Assembly (NCBI GenBank): GCA_963725095.1 | Contig: CAVRXJ010000007.1 | Coordinates: 107,287-171,286, forward strand | Length of the DNA: 64,000 nt | Direction: 5' to 3' | Source of the DNA: an uncultured Acidobacteriota bacterium | GTDB lineage: Bacteria > Acidobacteriota > Thermoanaerobaculia > UBA5066 > Gp7-AA6 | Shown: one piece after another, positions 22,547 through 32,424 of the stretch | How the letters are laid out: each line of letters starts with the position of its first letter | Numbering within the stretch: the first letter of the stretch is position 1 | The notes under the pieces: model-generated | Told to the model about the DNA's origin: nothing | Seen by the model: the letters and a program-made list of their open reading frames with translations, nothing else | Database searches by the model: none | Program-made: the position numbers and the translations under genes

Positions 22547-24850
22547 CAGAGGTCTCCTTCCGAGCCGGCGGCGACCGCCGACGCGACCAGGGCCTGGCCG
22601 ACCGCCAGGCCGCCGTCGCCCGGCGGGACCTCGCCGTGGAGGCGCACGGCAAAACCGTCCGCGGACAGGACACCGAGCGTTCGCTCGGCGAGCAGGGCGT
22701 TCTGGAAGCAGCCGCCGGTCAGGACGACCGGAAGGCGCCCCTGCCCGCCGGCGCACGCGCGCAGGAGTTCTCCGGTCGCGCGAGCGATCGTGTTGTGAAA
22801 GCGGGCCGAGATCGCGCCCGGGGACATCCGGCGGGAAAACGCCGCGACGGCCGCGCGCACGCTCGGGCGAAGATCGAGCGTCCAGAGCCCGCCGTCGCAT
22901 TCGATTTCGAACGGAAACACTCCGGTGTCGACCGGATCGGCGGCCGCGTTCCATTCGAGCGCCACCTGTCCCTCGAAGCGGGACTCGGAACGGCCGAGGA
23001 AGAGCGCGCCGAAAGCGTCGAAGTAGCGCCCCACGCCGCGCGCCAGGGGCGAACCGACTCCGGCGGCAGCCAGGGCCCGTGCGGCGGCGATTCGTTCGGG
23101 AGCGATCCCGTCGAAGAGCGCAAAGGCCCGCAGCGGCGGATCGTCGAAAGCGTCGTCGAGCAGGGCGAGCGCGATGCGCCAGACTTCGCGGATGGCCCTC
23201 TCGCCGCCCGGCAGGCGGATCGGGCGCCAGGTGGCGAGCCGCCGGAAGCTACCCGCCCGCGCGAGCAGGATCTCCCCTCCCCAGGCGGTCCCGTCGGTGC
23301 CGTACCCCGTGCCGTCATAGGCCACGCCGAGCACCGGCCCGCGGAGGCCATGCTCGGCCATCGCGCTCGCGACGTGGGCGTGGTGGTGCTGGACGCCGAT
23401 CCGTACGGCCTCCGCTCGGGTCCGCGCATAGAGCGTCGAGGCGTACTCGGGATGCAGATCGTGGGCGACGATCTCGGGCCGGATGCCGACGAAGCGCTCC
23501 AGCCGCGCCACGGCTTCCTCGAATGCCTCGCACCGTCTCGAGGCTCTCGAGATCTCCGATGTGGGGCCCCGGGTACAGCGAGTCCCCCGCGGCGAGGCAG
23601 AAGGTGTTCTTCAGGTGGCCCCCGCAGGCGAGGACGGGAACGGGAAACGGGTGCGGAGCCGGCACCGCACGGGGAACGTAGCCGCGGCTGCGGCGCAGCA
23701 CGGTCGGCCGGCCGGCGATGACGCGCGTGACCGAGTCGTCGCAGGGCGATTCGATCTCGCGGTCGTGGACGAGCAGGACATCGGCAATCGCGCCCAGACG
23801 CGCGAGAGCGCCGGCATTCGAGGCCACGATCGGGTCACCCGACAGGTTGCCGGAGGTCATCACCAGCGGGCGGTCCGTGTGCGCGAGCAGGAGGTGATGG
23901 AGCGGCGTGTAGGGCAGCAGCAGCCCGATCCAGGGGTTGCGCGGCGCGATCTCCGCGGCAACTCCCGCGGGCTCCCGCAACTGCGCGATGACGATGGGCC
24001 GCTCCGGCGACGCGAGGAGCCTCTCCTCTTCGGGCCCGAGGCGCGCCAGTCGGCGCGCGGCCTCGAGATCGCGCACCATGACCGCGAAGGGCTTTTCGTC
24101 GCGCCTCTTGCGCTCCCGCAGCCGCGTGACCGCCAGCGCCGAAGTCGCGTCGCAAGCCAGATGAAACCCGCCGAGCCCCTTGACCGCGACGATGAGCCCG
24201 GCCTCGAGGGCCCGCGCGGCCTGCCGGATCGGATCCTCCCAGTCGAGGTCTTCTCCCCCCGGCGCGACGGCGGACAGGCGCGGACCGCAGACGGGGCATG
24301 CATTCGGCTGGGCATGGAAGCGCCGGTCGAGCGGGATCGTCGTACTCGCGCTGGCAGGCTCGCGCACATGCGAAACGGCGCCATGGTCGTCGCGGGACGG
24401 TCGTAGGGCACGTCGCGTGGCGATGGTGAAGCGCGGCCCGCAGTTGGTGCAGTTCGTAAACGGATAGCGGTATCGCCGGTTGGCCGGATCGAAGATCTCG
24501 GCCAGGCAGTCTGCGCACGTCGGCAGATCCGGAGGGATCGAGACGCGGCGGCCCCCGATCTCGCGGCTTTCGACGATGACGAAGTCCGCCGCCGGTTCGG
24601 GCGGAATCGGCGTCCAGGCGAGGTCCCGGATCCGGGCCGCCGGCGGCGCAGAGCCCTGCAGCGACCCCACGAAGGCTTCCAGCGCGCCAGGCGATCCGAA
24701 GGCGTCGATGGTGACGCCCCGCGAGTCGTTGGAGACGCGGCCCGCGACGCCCTGTTGCCGGGCGAGGCGGTACACCCAGGGGCGGAAGCCGACGCCCTGC
24801 ACGGTTCCGCGCACCTCGATGCGGCGCCCGAGCCGATCCGCGGCCGTCAC
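22546..24850 (-). CDS. hypF: Carbamoyltransferase HypF (several frameshifts)
   Basis: GTVQGVGFRP, CADC..NCTNCGPRF, HAQPNACPVCGP, KGLGGFHL, QHHHAH, DGTGYG, PPGDGG. Confidence 0.96.
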
Positions 24851-25239
24851 GGCGCCACCGACCGCAGGAAGGCGACCAGATCCCACGTCTGTCCTTCGTC
24901 GAGCGCCTTCCAGGAGGGCATCGCCGTGCCCCGCACGCCCTCGCGGATCTCGAAGAACATCCGGCGGGGCGACGTCTTGCGGCGCAGCGACGGGTCGGTG
25001 AAGTCGCGCGGCGGCGACGAGAGGCCCTCGCGGCGCACGCCGCGGCCGTCGGCCCGCTCGCCGTGGCACAGGGCGCAGTGCTCGAGGAAGAGCCTGCGCC
25101 CCCGCTCCCGGGCGTCCGCCGAGGCGAGCCTCTCACCCGGCACCCGAATCGCCCGGTAGGACGGGGGAAGATCCCCGTCCGCCCTACAGGCCAAGAGCGG
25201 GAGGCTCATCAGCGAAAGGATCGTCAGCCAGCGGCTCAT
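24847..25239 (-). CDS. Monoheme cytochrome c lipoprotein
   Basis: Lipobox LLAC, CALCHG, GTAMPSW; coupled between the protease gene and hypF. Confidence 0.88.
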   Translation of the reverse strand: MSRWLTILSLMSLPLLACRADGDLPPSYRAIRVPGERLASADARERGRRLFLEHCALCHGERADGRGVRREGLSSPPRDFTDPSLRRKTSPRRMFFEIREGVRGTAMPSWKALDEGQTWDLVAFLRSVAP

Positions 25240-25734
25240 GACTCGCGCGTCGATGGAAAGGAAATCCCAGGCGGCGCGCCTCCTCGACGACGCGGCCAAC
25301 CAGATGCGGCAAGCTCGCCTCGACGGCCGGGGTTCGCTCGAGGCTCGAGATCGAGGGAGCCCGGAACCAGGCCGAGCAGGAGCACGATCCGGGGAGACCG
25401 TCCGAGCCAGCGGGCGCCCTCCAGCAGATCCGAGACGCCGATCTGATGGGGAGACAGCCGCGAGGCAACGGCCGGAGCGACGTCTTCCCCTTCCAGCCGA
25501 ACGAACGACGCGACCGGCGCGTCGTCGGAGATGGCGTCCACGAGGATGGCCCTCTCCGCGTCCTCGAGGTGCGGAAGCAGCGAAAGCCCGAGCGTGCCGC
25601 CGTCGAGCACCGCGACGCCCTCGGGCACCTCGTACTCCTCGAGCAGCCGCCGGACGGCGGCCACTCCCAGCCCGTCGTCGCCGCAGGAGCAGGTTTCCCA
25701 GCCCCAGGATCAGCAGCGGGGTCGGCTTATCCAC
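25236..25734 (-). CDS. hyaD: Hydrogenase maturation protease HyaD/HupD (frameshifted)
   Basis: LILGLGNLL.GDDGLG, DGGTLG, LVDA, SPHQ. Confidence 0.92.
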
Positions 25735-26536
25735 GTGGACGGCCGCCCTTTCGTCCCGAAGCGCCGCGCGGCAGAGGATCGGGCAGGGATTCGTCCCGCG
25801 AGACGAATCGGTAACCGGAGTAGATGACGTCCTCGTGCGGCACGAACTTGTAGCCGGAGAAGATCGACTCGACCGTCGCGTTGGCCTCGACCTGCGACAT
25901 GTAGATCGCGCTGTAGACGTGGTGAACGGCAAATCCCAGGATGAGCCACATCACGACGTGGTGAATCCAGTGCGCGGACTGCAGGCCGCCGCAGAGGGGA
26001 ACGAGGAACGCGAAGAAGCGGAACGGCGAGTGCACGCCCGCGCTGACGGAATACATCGCGAGGCCCGTCGCGATCATCAACGCGTAGAGGCCGAAGACGA
26101 TCGCGTAGGCCATTCCCGCCAGAGGGTTGTGGCCGACGAAGCCCGGCGGCTTGCGCAGCGCGAACAGATAGAACTTGACGGTCCCGAGGATGCCCTGGCG
26201 CCGGCGGCGGTGGACGGGGAGAAATTTGTCCCAGCGCGCGTACGTGTTCCCGAGGAACATCCAGATCAGCCGGGACACGACGGCCAGGGCGAAGGCGATG
26301 GCGGCGTAGAAATGGATCACCTTCATCGTGCCCATGACGAAGTGAAAGCGCGCCTCGCCGGGAACGACGAAGAAGGGGCGGCCGATGTAGATGCCCGTGA
26401 CCGAAAGGACCACGATGGAAAACGCAATGACCCAGTGCGTCAGGCGCACCGGCCACTCCCAGACGTAGACACGGATGAGTTCCATGTCGCTTCGGTGCGG
26501 AGGAATCGCTGCCAGCGGAAGGCCTGCGGCGCTCAT
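25727..26536 (-). CDS. hyaC: [NiFe]-hydrogenase b-type cytochrome subunit
   Basis: VYVWEWPVRLTHW, GHNPLA, WIHH, HHVY, SIFSGYK. Confidence 0.93.
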   Translation of the reverse strand: MSAAGLPLAAIPPHRSDMELIRVYVWEWPVRLTHWVIAFSIVVLSVTGIYIGRPFFVVPGEARFHFVMGTMKVIHFYAAIAFALAVVSRLIWMFLGNTYARWDKFLPVHRRRRQGILGTVKFYLFALRKPPGFVGHNPLAGMAYAIVFGLYALMIATGLAMYSVSAGVHSPFRFFAFLVPLCGGLQSAHWIHHVVMWLILGFAVHHVYSAIYMSQVEANATVESIFSGYKFVPHEDVIYSGYRFVSRDESLPDPLPRGASGRKGGRPRG

Positions 26537-28240
26537 ACGGCCCTCACCCGCGTGATCTCGCGCCGCCGCGCGTCCACGACGTGGACTCCGCAGGCCATGC
26601 AGGGATCGAAGGAGTGGACCGTTCGAAGAATCTCCACGGGCTTCTCGGGTTCCGCCACCGGCGTTCCCAGAAGCGCCTGCTCGTAAGGTCCGCGCTGGCC
26701 CGCGGCGTCGCGCGGCCCGGCGTTCCAGGTGCTCGGCACGACGCACTGGTAGTTGGCGATCGCGCCGTTCTGGATGTGCACCCAATGGCCGAGCGCGCCC
26801 CGCGGCGCCTCGTGGAAGCCGGCGCCCGTGGCGTCCGAAGGCCAGGTGTTGGGCTCCCACTTGGAGTTGTCCTGGATGCGCAGCTCCCGCCGGCCCATGT
26901 TGCCCGGCGAGCTCCGTGAGCCAGTCGCCCATCTTGTCGGCCAGGATCTGCGTCTCGATCCCGCGCGCCGCCACGCGGCCCAGCGTCGAGAACAGGGCCT
27001 CCGGCCCGACGCCGAGCTTGGCGAGGACCGCTCCCACCAGCGTCTTGACCTGCTCGTGTCCCGAAGCGTAGGCCACGAGCATGCGCGAGAGCGGCCCGAC
27101 CTCCATGGGAAGACCGTCGTACCGCGGAGACTTCAGCCAGCTGTACTTGCCGTCGGTGTTGAGCCTTTCGTACGGCGGAGCGGGCCCCGTGTACTTGGGC
27201 TTCGTCTCTCCCTCGAAGGGATGGAGCGCCTTCTTGTCGCCGCCGGCGTATTCGTACCAGGAGTGCGTGACCTGCTCGGTGATCTTCGCGGGGTCGAAGG
27301 CCTCGACCTTGGAGAGATCGCGATTGCGGATCACGCCCGAGGGAAGGAAGAGGTTCGGATGCGCCCCGTCGTCCTGCGGGTATTCGCCGTAGACCAGATA
27401 GTTGCCGACACCCTGGCCGTACCCCGCCCAGTCCTTGTAGAAGGACGCGATCGCGAGCAGGTCCGGGATGTAGACCTGGGTCACGAAGTCGCGCGCCTTC
27501 GCGACGAGCTCCTGCATCATCGCGATCGAACCGGCGTTCAGCGAGGCCTGCCGGTCGGGGTCCACGGGCGTCGCCATTCCGCCGACGAGGAAGCTCTGCA
27601 GGTGCGGGTTCTTCCCACCGAGCACCGCGTGAATCTCGATGAACTTGCGCTGCCACTCGAGCGCCTCGAGGTAGTGGGCGACCGCCATCAGATTCGCCTC
27701 GGGCGGAAGCTTGTAGGCCGGATGACCCCAATAGGCGTTGGCGAACGGGCCGAGCTGGCCCCGCTCGACGAACCCCTTCACGCGGTCCCGCACGCCGGCG
27801 AAGTACTTCTCCGAAGAGAGCGGCCAGTTCGAGATCGACTGCGCGAGCGCCGACGTCTTGCCCGGGTCGGCCGAGAGCGCCGAGACGATGTCGACCCAGT
27901 CGAGCGCGTGCAGATGGTAGAAGTGAATGACGTGGTCCTGCACGCACTGCGATGCGATGATCAGGTTCCGCAGCAGGCGGGCGTTGGGAGGGGGAACCGC
28001 GCCGATGGCGTTCTCGACGGCGCGGATCGACGCGATCGCGTGCACGGTCGTGCAGACGCCGCAGATGCGCTGGGTGAAGGCCCAGGCGTCGCGCGGGTCG
28101 CGCCCCTTCAGGATGAGCTCGATGCCCCGGAACATCGTCGAGGAGGACCAGGCGTCCCGGACCTGCCCGCCCTCGACTTCGGCTTCGATGCGAAGGTGAC
28201 CCTCGATCCGGGTCACGGGATCCACGACGACGTGAGTCAT
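26533..28240 (-). CDS. hyaB: [NiFe]-hydrogenase large subunit, group 1 (frameshift ~26905)
   Basis: DPVTRIEGH, L1 QRICGVC, EAPRGALGHW, L2 SFDPCMACGVH and a cleavable tail; RBS GGAGG. Confidence 0.97.
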
Positions 28241-29365
28241 GGCCGACCTCCCTTGTCCTCCGACGTCCCTCTCGGCGGGCGGAGGCGGTTCCGGCGGAGC
28301 CCCCGTCACCCCGCGTTTGAGCAGCGCGATGAGCCCGTGCGTCGCGAACGCGGCGCCCACTCCCGCCGTGGCCCAGAGGCCGACCTTGTCGATCGGCGTC
28401 GCCGTCTGGAACCCGGGAATGCCGGAGAGGTGCTGGTAGAAGGGCGTCATCTTGTCCCAGAAGTCCGGCTCGGCGCACCCGATGCACGGGTGGCCGCAGC
28501 CGATCGGCCAGTTGGTGCCCCCGTTCCAGCGCACGACGGGGCAGTTCTGGAAGGTCACCGGTCCCTTGCACCCCATCTTGTAGAGGCAGTAGCCGGTCCG
28601 GTGCGCCTCGTCTCCCCACATCTCGACGTACTGGCCGGCGTCGTAGTGGGCCCGGCGCTCGCAGCTGTCGTGAATCGACTTGCCGTAGGCGAAGAGCGGG
28701 CGGCGGTACCGGTCGAGCGGCGGCCAGCTCTTGAAGGTCAGGAAGTAGACGATCAGCGCCGTCAGGTTCTCGACGTTGGCGGGGCAGGCGGAGAGGTTGA
28801 TGAGATTGCGAACGCCCGGAACGGCGTCGGCGACTCCCAGGGCGCCGGTCGGATTCGGAGAGGCCGCCGGGAGGCCGCCGAACGACGCGCACGTTCCGAT
28901 CGCGATCGTGGCCATCGCTCCGCCGCAGACTTCACGGGCCATCTGAAGGGCGGACTTGCCGCCGATCGTGCAGTAGGCGCCGCCCTCGCCCGTCGGGATC
29001 GACCCCTCGACGACGGCGATGTACTTCCCGGCGTGATCGTGAACGGCCTTCGCGAGGTTTTCCTCGGCCTGGTGCCCCGCGGCCGCCATGATCGTCTCCT
29101 GGTAGTCGACCGAGAGCGTGTCGAGCACGATCTCGGCGACGGTCGGGCGGCTCGCCCGCAGGAAGGACTCGGTGTTGCCGGCGCAGTCCTGAAACTCGAG
29201 CCAGACCAGCACCGGCTTCTCCGTCTTCGCGATGGCGCTCGCGATCTTGACGCCGAACGTCTTGGGCAGCGCGAGCGCCGAGGCCATCACACCGCAGAAA
29301 CCCACGAACTCCCGCCGCGAGACCCCGCGGCTCTCGAGCTGCTCCAGGAAAGTTCTCTGGATCAT
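28237..29365 (-). CDS. hyaA: [NiFe]-hydrogenase small subunit with Tat signal and C-terminal anchor
   Basis: SRREFV; DCAGNTES, GTC, SACP; distal IHDSC..CLYKMGC; medial NCP..WP..HPCIGC. Stop inferred at the ATGA overlap, requiring one indel. Confidence 0.95.
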
Positions 29366-29608
29366 CGGCGATTCCCCCTTCTGTGCAATGGGGCGTCCGC
29401 CGCGGACGAAAGGAGCGGAGCCCCGCCTCGCGGGTCGAAGGATCTGGTCTCGATGTGTGCTTCGGAGGGTCTGCCCGGGCTCGAGGTGCGGCGGGCGGGT
29501 CGGAGGACGACGGCGGTTGCGACGAAAGCGGGTGGAGAGAGCCTCCTGATCCTCACGCTGCCTCCCGAATGATGCGCCCACCCTACGGTCCGGGGGGTCG
29601 CGCTTTCC

Positions 29609-29624
29609 TGATGCGGTCGCATCA
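29609..29624. promoter_or_regulatory. Motif A site (TGATGCGGTCGCATCA)
   Basis: Near-perfect palindrome upstream of the hydrogenase operon; an extra half-site TGATGC at 29570. Confidence 0.7.
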
Positions 29625-29643
29625 ATCTTTCCGCCCCCCGCCT

Positions 29644-30123
29644 CTACCGCGCCGCGCGCAGGTCCTTCTCGTTCATGCCCCCGCATCCGTTCTCGGAGAA
29701 CCTGCGCCCGCAGCCTCCGGACGTGTCGCAGGCGTTTCCGGTGAACGCCCGGGGATTCACGAAGGCAATCCACGCGCGGACGGCCCCCTCGACTTCCTTT
29801 GCGCCGGCGCCATCCCGCGCGATCAGGACGTTGGTGAGGCCCCAGATCGACTTGGCGAGATTGCACGGACAGCAGCAGGTTGCCGCGGAGTACTTGTCGC
29901 AGCAGGGCGCCGGGATTCCGGAGAGGATCCGCTGCCGCAGCTTCTCCTGTTCCGGCGTGAGCCGAACGGACCGCGCGTACGCGATGAATTCCGCCGCCTG
30001 GGCCGGGGCGTCGGAAAACCGAACCGGCGCCGCGATGTTTCGCACGGAGCGATCCGCCGCGAAGGCGCCACCGATCGAAGCGGCGACGAGAAGCATGATC
30101 GACCCCGAGATCCGACGTCTCAC
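29644..30123 (-). CDS. Exported Cys-rich hypothetical protein (9 Cys)
   Basis: Strong RBS GAGGAGG; signal peptide ending AFA; PCC, TCCCPC, C-x5-C, GCGGM. Confidence 0.75.
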   Translation of the reverse strand: MRRRISGSIMLLVAASIGGAFAADRSVRNIAAPVRFSDAPAQAAEFIAYARSVRLTPEQEKLRQRILSGIPAPCCDKYSAATCCCPCNLAKSIWGLTNVLIARDGAGAKEVEGAVRAWIAFVNPRAFTGNACDTSGGCGRRFSENGCGGMNEKDLRAAR

Positions 30124-30230
30124 GCCTTCCTCCTCACGGGCCGCGGGTGACGGCCTGCCCTCACACGCTAGGAGCCGGTCCGGGGTCTCGCCTGATCCAG
30201 ATTCACCAAACGGGGGACCGGTCGGAAAAA

Positions 30231-30246
30231 TGATTCAATTGCATCA
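30231..30246. promoter_or_regulatory. Motif A site (TGATTCAATTGCATCA)
   Basis: AT-rich palindrome between divergent genes at 30123(-) and 30294(+). Confidence 0.65.
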
Positions 30247-30293
30247 GCAACACCCGTCGGCCCGAAAGGCGACAATGCAGGACACGAGGAACT

Positions 30294-30512
30294 TTGGCTG
30301 ACACGCTCGATCTGACCGCGGAGCTTCTGCACGAGAGGTGGAGGCGGGCCGTGGACTTGCTGTGGCGCGAGGCCGTCGGCCGCCACAACGCGGCGTTTGG
30401 CGAGTGGGAACGACTGCGTTCGGCGCGGCGCCTGCGCAACCTCCAGAGGATCGTTCGCAAGGCCCTCTCGGACTACCACCGGATCGAGCTCGAGCGCCAG
30501 AACCGCGGGTAA
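30294..30512 (+). CDS. Small helical hypothetical protein (72 aa)
   Basis: RBS GAGGA before TTG; fills an intergenic gap downstream of a motif A site. Confidence 0.5.
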   Translation: MADTLDLTAELLHERWRRAVDLLWREAVGRHNAAFGEWERLRSARRLRNLQRIVRKALSDYHRIELERQNRG

Positions 30513-30549
30513 ACGCGCCTCCCGGCGGGCGCCTTCACTCGCCTTTCCT

Positions 30550-30563
30550 ATGACGCCCGTCAT
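30550..30563. promoter_or_regulatory. Motif B site, Crp/Fnr-type (ATGACGCCCGTCAT)
   Basis: 5-4-5 palindrome centred 41.5 bp upstream of the 30598 ATG. Confidence 0.75.
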
Positions 30564-30597
30564 GGGAGCCCGAAGCCATCCGGGTTGAAATCAGGGC

Positions 30598-32370
30598 ATG
30601 AGCCGCACCGCTTTCGACCCGACCCTTCCCGTCCGCGAGCTGATCTCCCGGTACGCCGTCGCGAGGTCGGTCCTTGCTTCCCACGGCCTGGACACCTGCT
30701 GCGGCGGCGAGCACCCCCTCGCCCAGGCCTGCGCCGCCAAGGGAGTGTCTTTGCCGCGGGTCCTCGCCGATCTGGAATCCGCGCAGCGCTTCGCCGAATC
30801 GACCAGCCTCGTGCCGCCGACGATGTCGATCCGGGAGCTGCGCCGGCGCTTTCCCGCCACGATCCCCGTGCTCGCGCGCTACGGACTCGGCGACTGCGGG
30901 GGCGAGGAGGGTCCCGATGAGCCGCTCGCCTGGTTTGCGACGGTGCACCAGCTCCCCTTGGACGAGTTCCTCCGCGAGGTGCGGGAGGCGGCCTCTCGAG
31001 AGGTCTCGTCGGCGCCGCCGGCCGCCACGGCGGGGTCTTCCCTTCCCTTCGCGCCGCACTTCATCCTGGGATCGCTCTTCCTGACGCTGACGCTCGGCGC
31101 CACGACCGGCATGGTGAACCTGCTGCGGATCGCGGCCGGGGGCGACGTTCCGATCTCGCACCGCCAGATCCACGGTCACACACAGGTGCTCGGGTTCGCG
31201 GCGCTGTTCCTGATGGGGATCGCCTTTCACGCGCTGCCGCGCATCCTCGGGATCGGAAGCGAACGCCCGCGCGCCGCGCGGCCGGCCTTCTGGCTCATGT
31301 TCCTGGGCGTGATCCTGCGCAACGTCGGCCAGCCGTACAACGTCGACGCCGCGGGGCGCCTGCTCAGCCTGGCTTCCGCGGCGATGGAAGGCGTCGCCGG
31401 TTTTCTCTTCGCACGCTTCGTCTTCGCGGCCCTTTCCCGCGCGCGCTCGGGAAAGTACGGGCCTGCCGATCCGCTCCTGCGGTTCGTCCGGGCCGGAACG
31501 GTCTATTTCCTCGTCGCGCTCGGATGGAACGCCGCTCAGGGAATCTGGCTGGCCGGCCACTTCGAGACGGCGCTGCCGGTCTCGTTGACCGAGCCGTTCT
31601 ACTTCGTGTCGCTCTACGGATTCCTGCTCGCGTGGGTCTTCGGCTTCGGCAACCGCGTCGTCTCACTCTTCCTCGGCGTCGGTCCGGCCCGCAAGGGATC
31701 GCCGGACGCGGCTCTCCTCCTGCAGGCCGCGGGCGTCGCGCTCTTCCTGGCGTCGGCCGCACCGGGAATCACTCTGTCTTGGGCCCTCGTGCTGCGCGAC
31801 GCCGGTCTCACCGCCGTGTCCCTCTCCGCGCTCGCCTTCCTCGCCGGCCACGGCTTCCTCTGGCGCCGCTCGAACCTGCCCGCGCTGCGCACGCCCGGTC
31901 ACCCGACCCTCGCGATCCGGGCGGCCTTCGGCTGCCTCGGGCTCTGGGCGGTCCTGGAGGTCGCGGCCGTGACCGTCTCCCGGGCGACGAGCTTGCCCGC
32001 GCAGAACCTCTGGTGGTCCGATGCCGCCCGACATGTCTTCACCGTGGGTTTCGTGACCCTCTTGATCGTCGGCATGAGCCTGCGGATCCTTCCGGTCTTC
32101 TCGGGGAAGGCCCTCTGGTCTCCGCGGCTGGCGCTCGCAACCTACGCGCTCCTGCTCGCCGGCGTCGCGCTGCGCCTCCTGCAGTACCCAGGAGCCTTCT
32201 GGCCGGTCTTCTACAAGGCGGGGTCCTTCATGGGAATCCCCGTCGTGCTGGCGCTCCTGCTCTTCACCTTCAACCTCTTCCGGACCATGCGGGGGGGCGC
32301 CCGGCCGCCCTCGCGAGCGCCCCGCTCGCCGGCCGCGCCGGCCTTCCTTTCGACGCTTCCCGTGCGCTAG
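30598..32370 (+). CDS. NnrS-family membrane protein with N-terminal ScdA_N (DUF542)-like domains
   Basis: GLDTCCGG..L..AC and a second GLGDCGG domain; QIHGHTQVLGF, DAARHVFTVGF, GMSLRILP; many TM helices. Confidence 0.8.
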   Translation: MSRTAFDPTLPVRELISRYAVARSVLASHGLDTCCGGEHPLAQACAAKGVSLPRVLADLESAQRFAESTSLVPPTMSIRELRRRFPATIPVLARYGLGDCGGEEGPDEPLAWFATVHQLPLDEFLREVREAASREVSSAPPAATAGSSLPFAPHFILGSLFLTLTLGATTGMVNLLRIAAGGDVPISHRQIHGHTQVLGFAALFLMGIAFHALPRILGIGSERPRAARPAFWLMFLGVILRNVGQPYNVDAAGRLLSLASAAMEGVAGFLFARFVFAALSRARSGKYGPADPLLRFVRAGTVYFLVALGWNAAQGIWLAGHFETALPVSLTEPFYFVSLYGFLLAWVFGFGNRVVSLFLGVGPARKGSPDAALLLQAAGVALFLASAAPGITLSWALVLRDAGLTAVSLSALAFLAGHGFLWRRSNLPALRTPGHPTLAIRAAFGCLGLWAVLEVAAVTVSRATSLPAQNLWWSDAARHVFTVGFVTLLIVGMSLRILPVFSGKALWSPRLALATYALLLAGVALRLLQYPGAFWPVFYKAGSFMGIPVVLALLLFTFNLFRTMRGGARPPSRAPRSPAAPAFLSTLPVR

Positions 32371-32382
32371 ACCGACAATCGC

Positions 32383-32417
32383 GATTTGCGATTCGAGATT
32401 TCCGATCTACGATTCGC
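32383..32417 (+). repeat. Five degenerate tandem heptamers (GATYYNN)
   Basis: GATTTGC GATTCGA GATTTCC GATCTAC GATTCGC. Confidence 0.6.
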
Positions 32418-32424
32418 CTTGCCG

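Noticed and set aside
19272-22673. 1133-aa ORF joining the HypE N-terminus to the formyltransferase
   Set aside because: A mosaic of frames; HypE ends normally with PRIC* at 20081.
26753-29572. Long antisense ORFs (939 aa here; also 7593-9635, 37652-39673, 52183-54081)
   Set aside because: Shadow ORFs of high-GC genes with no motifs.
25727-29866. Apparent 1379-aa fusion of hydrogenase small, large and cytochrome b subunits
   Set aside because: hyaB has its own GGAGG RBS and ATGA overlap at 28237-28240, and its true C-terminus (DPCMAC) is in another frame. Indels explain the read-through.
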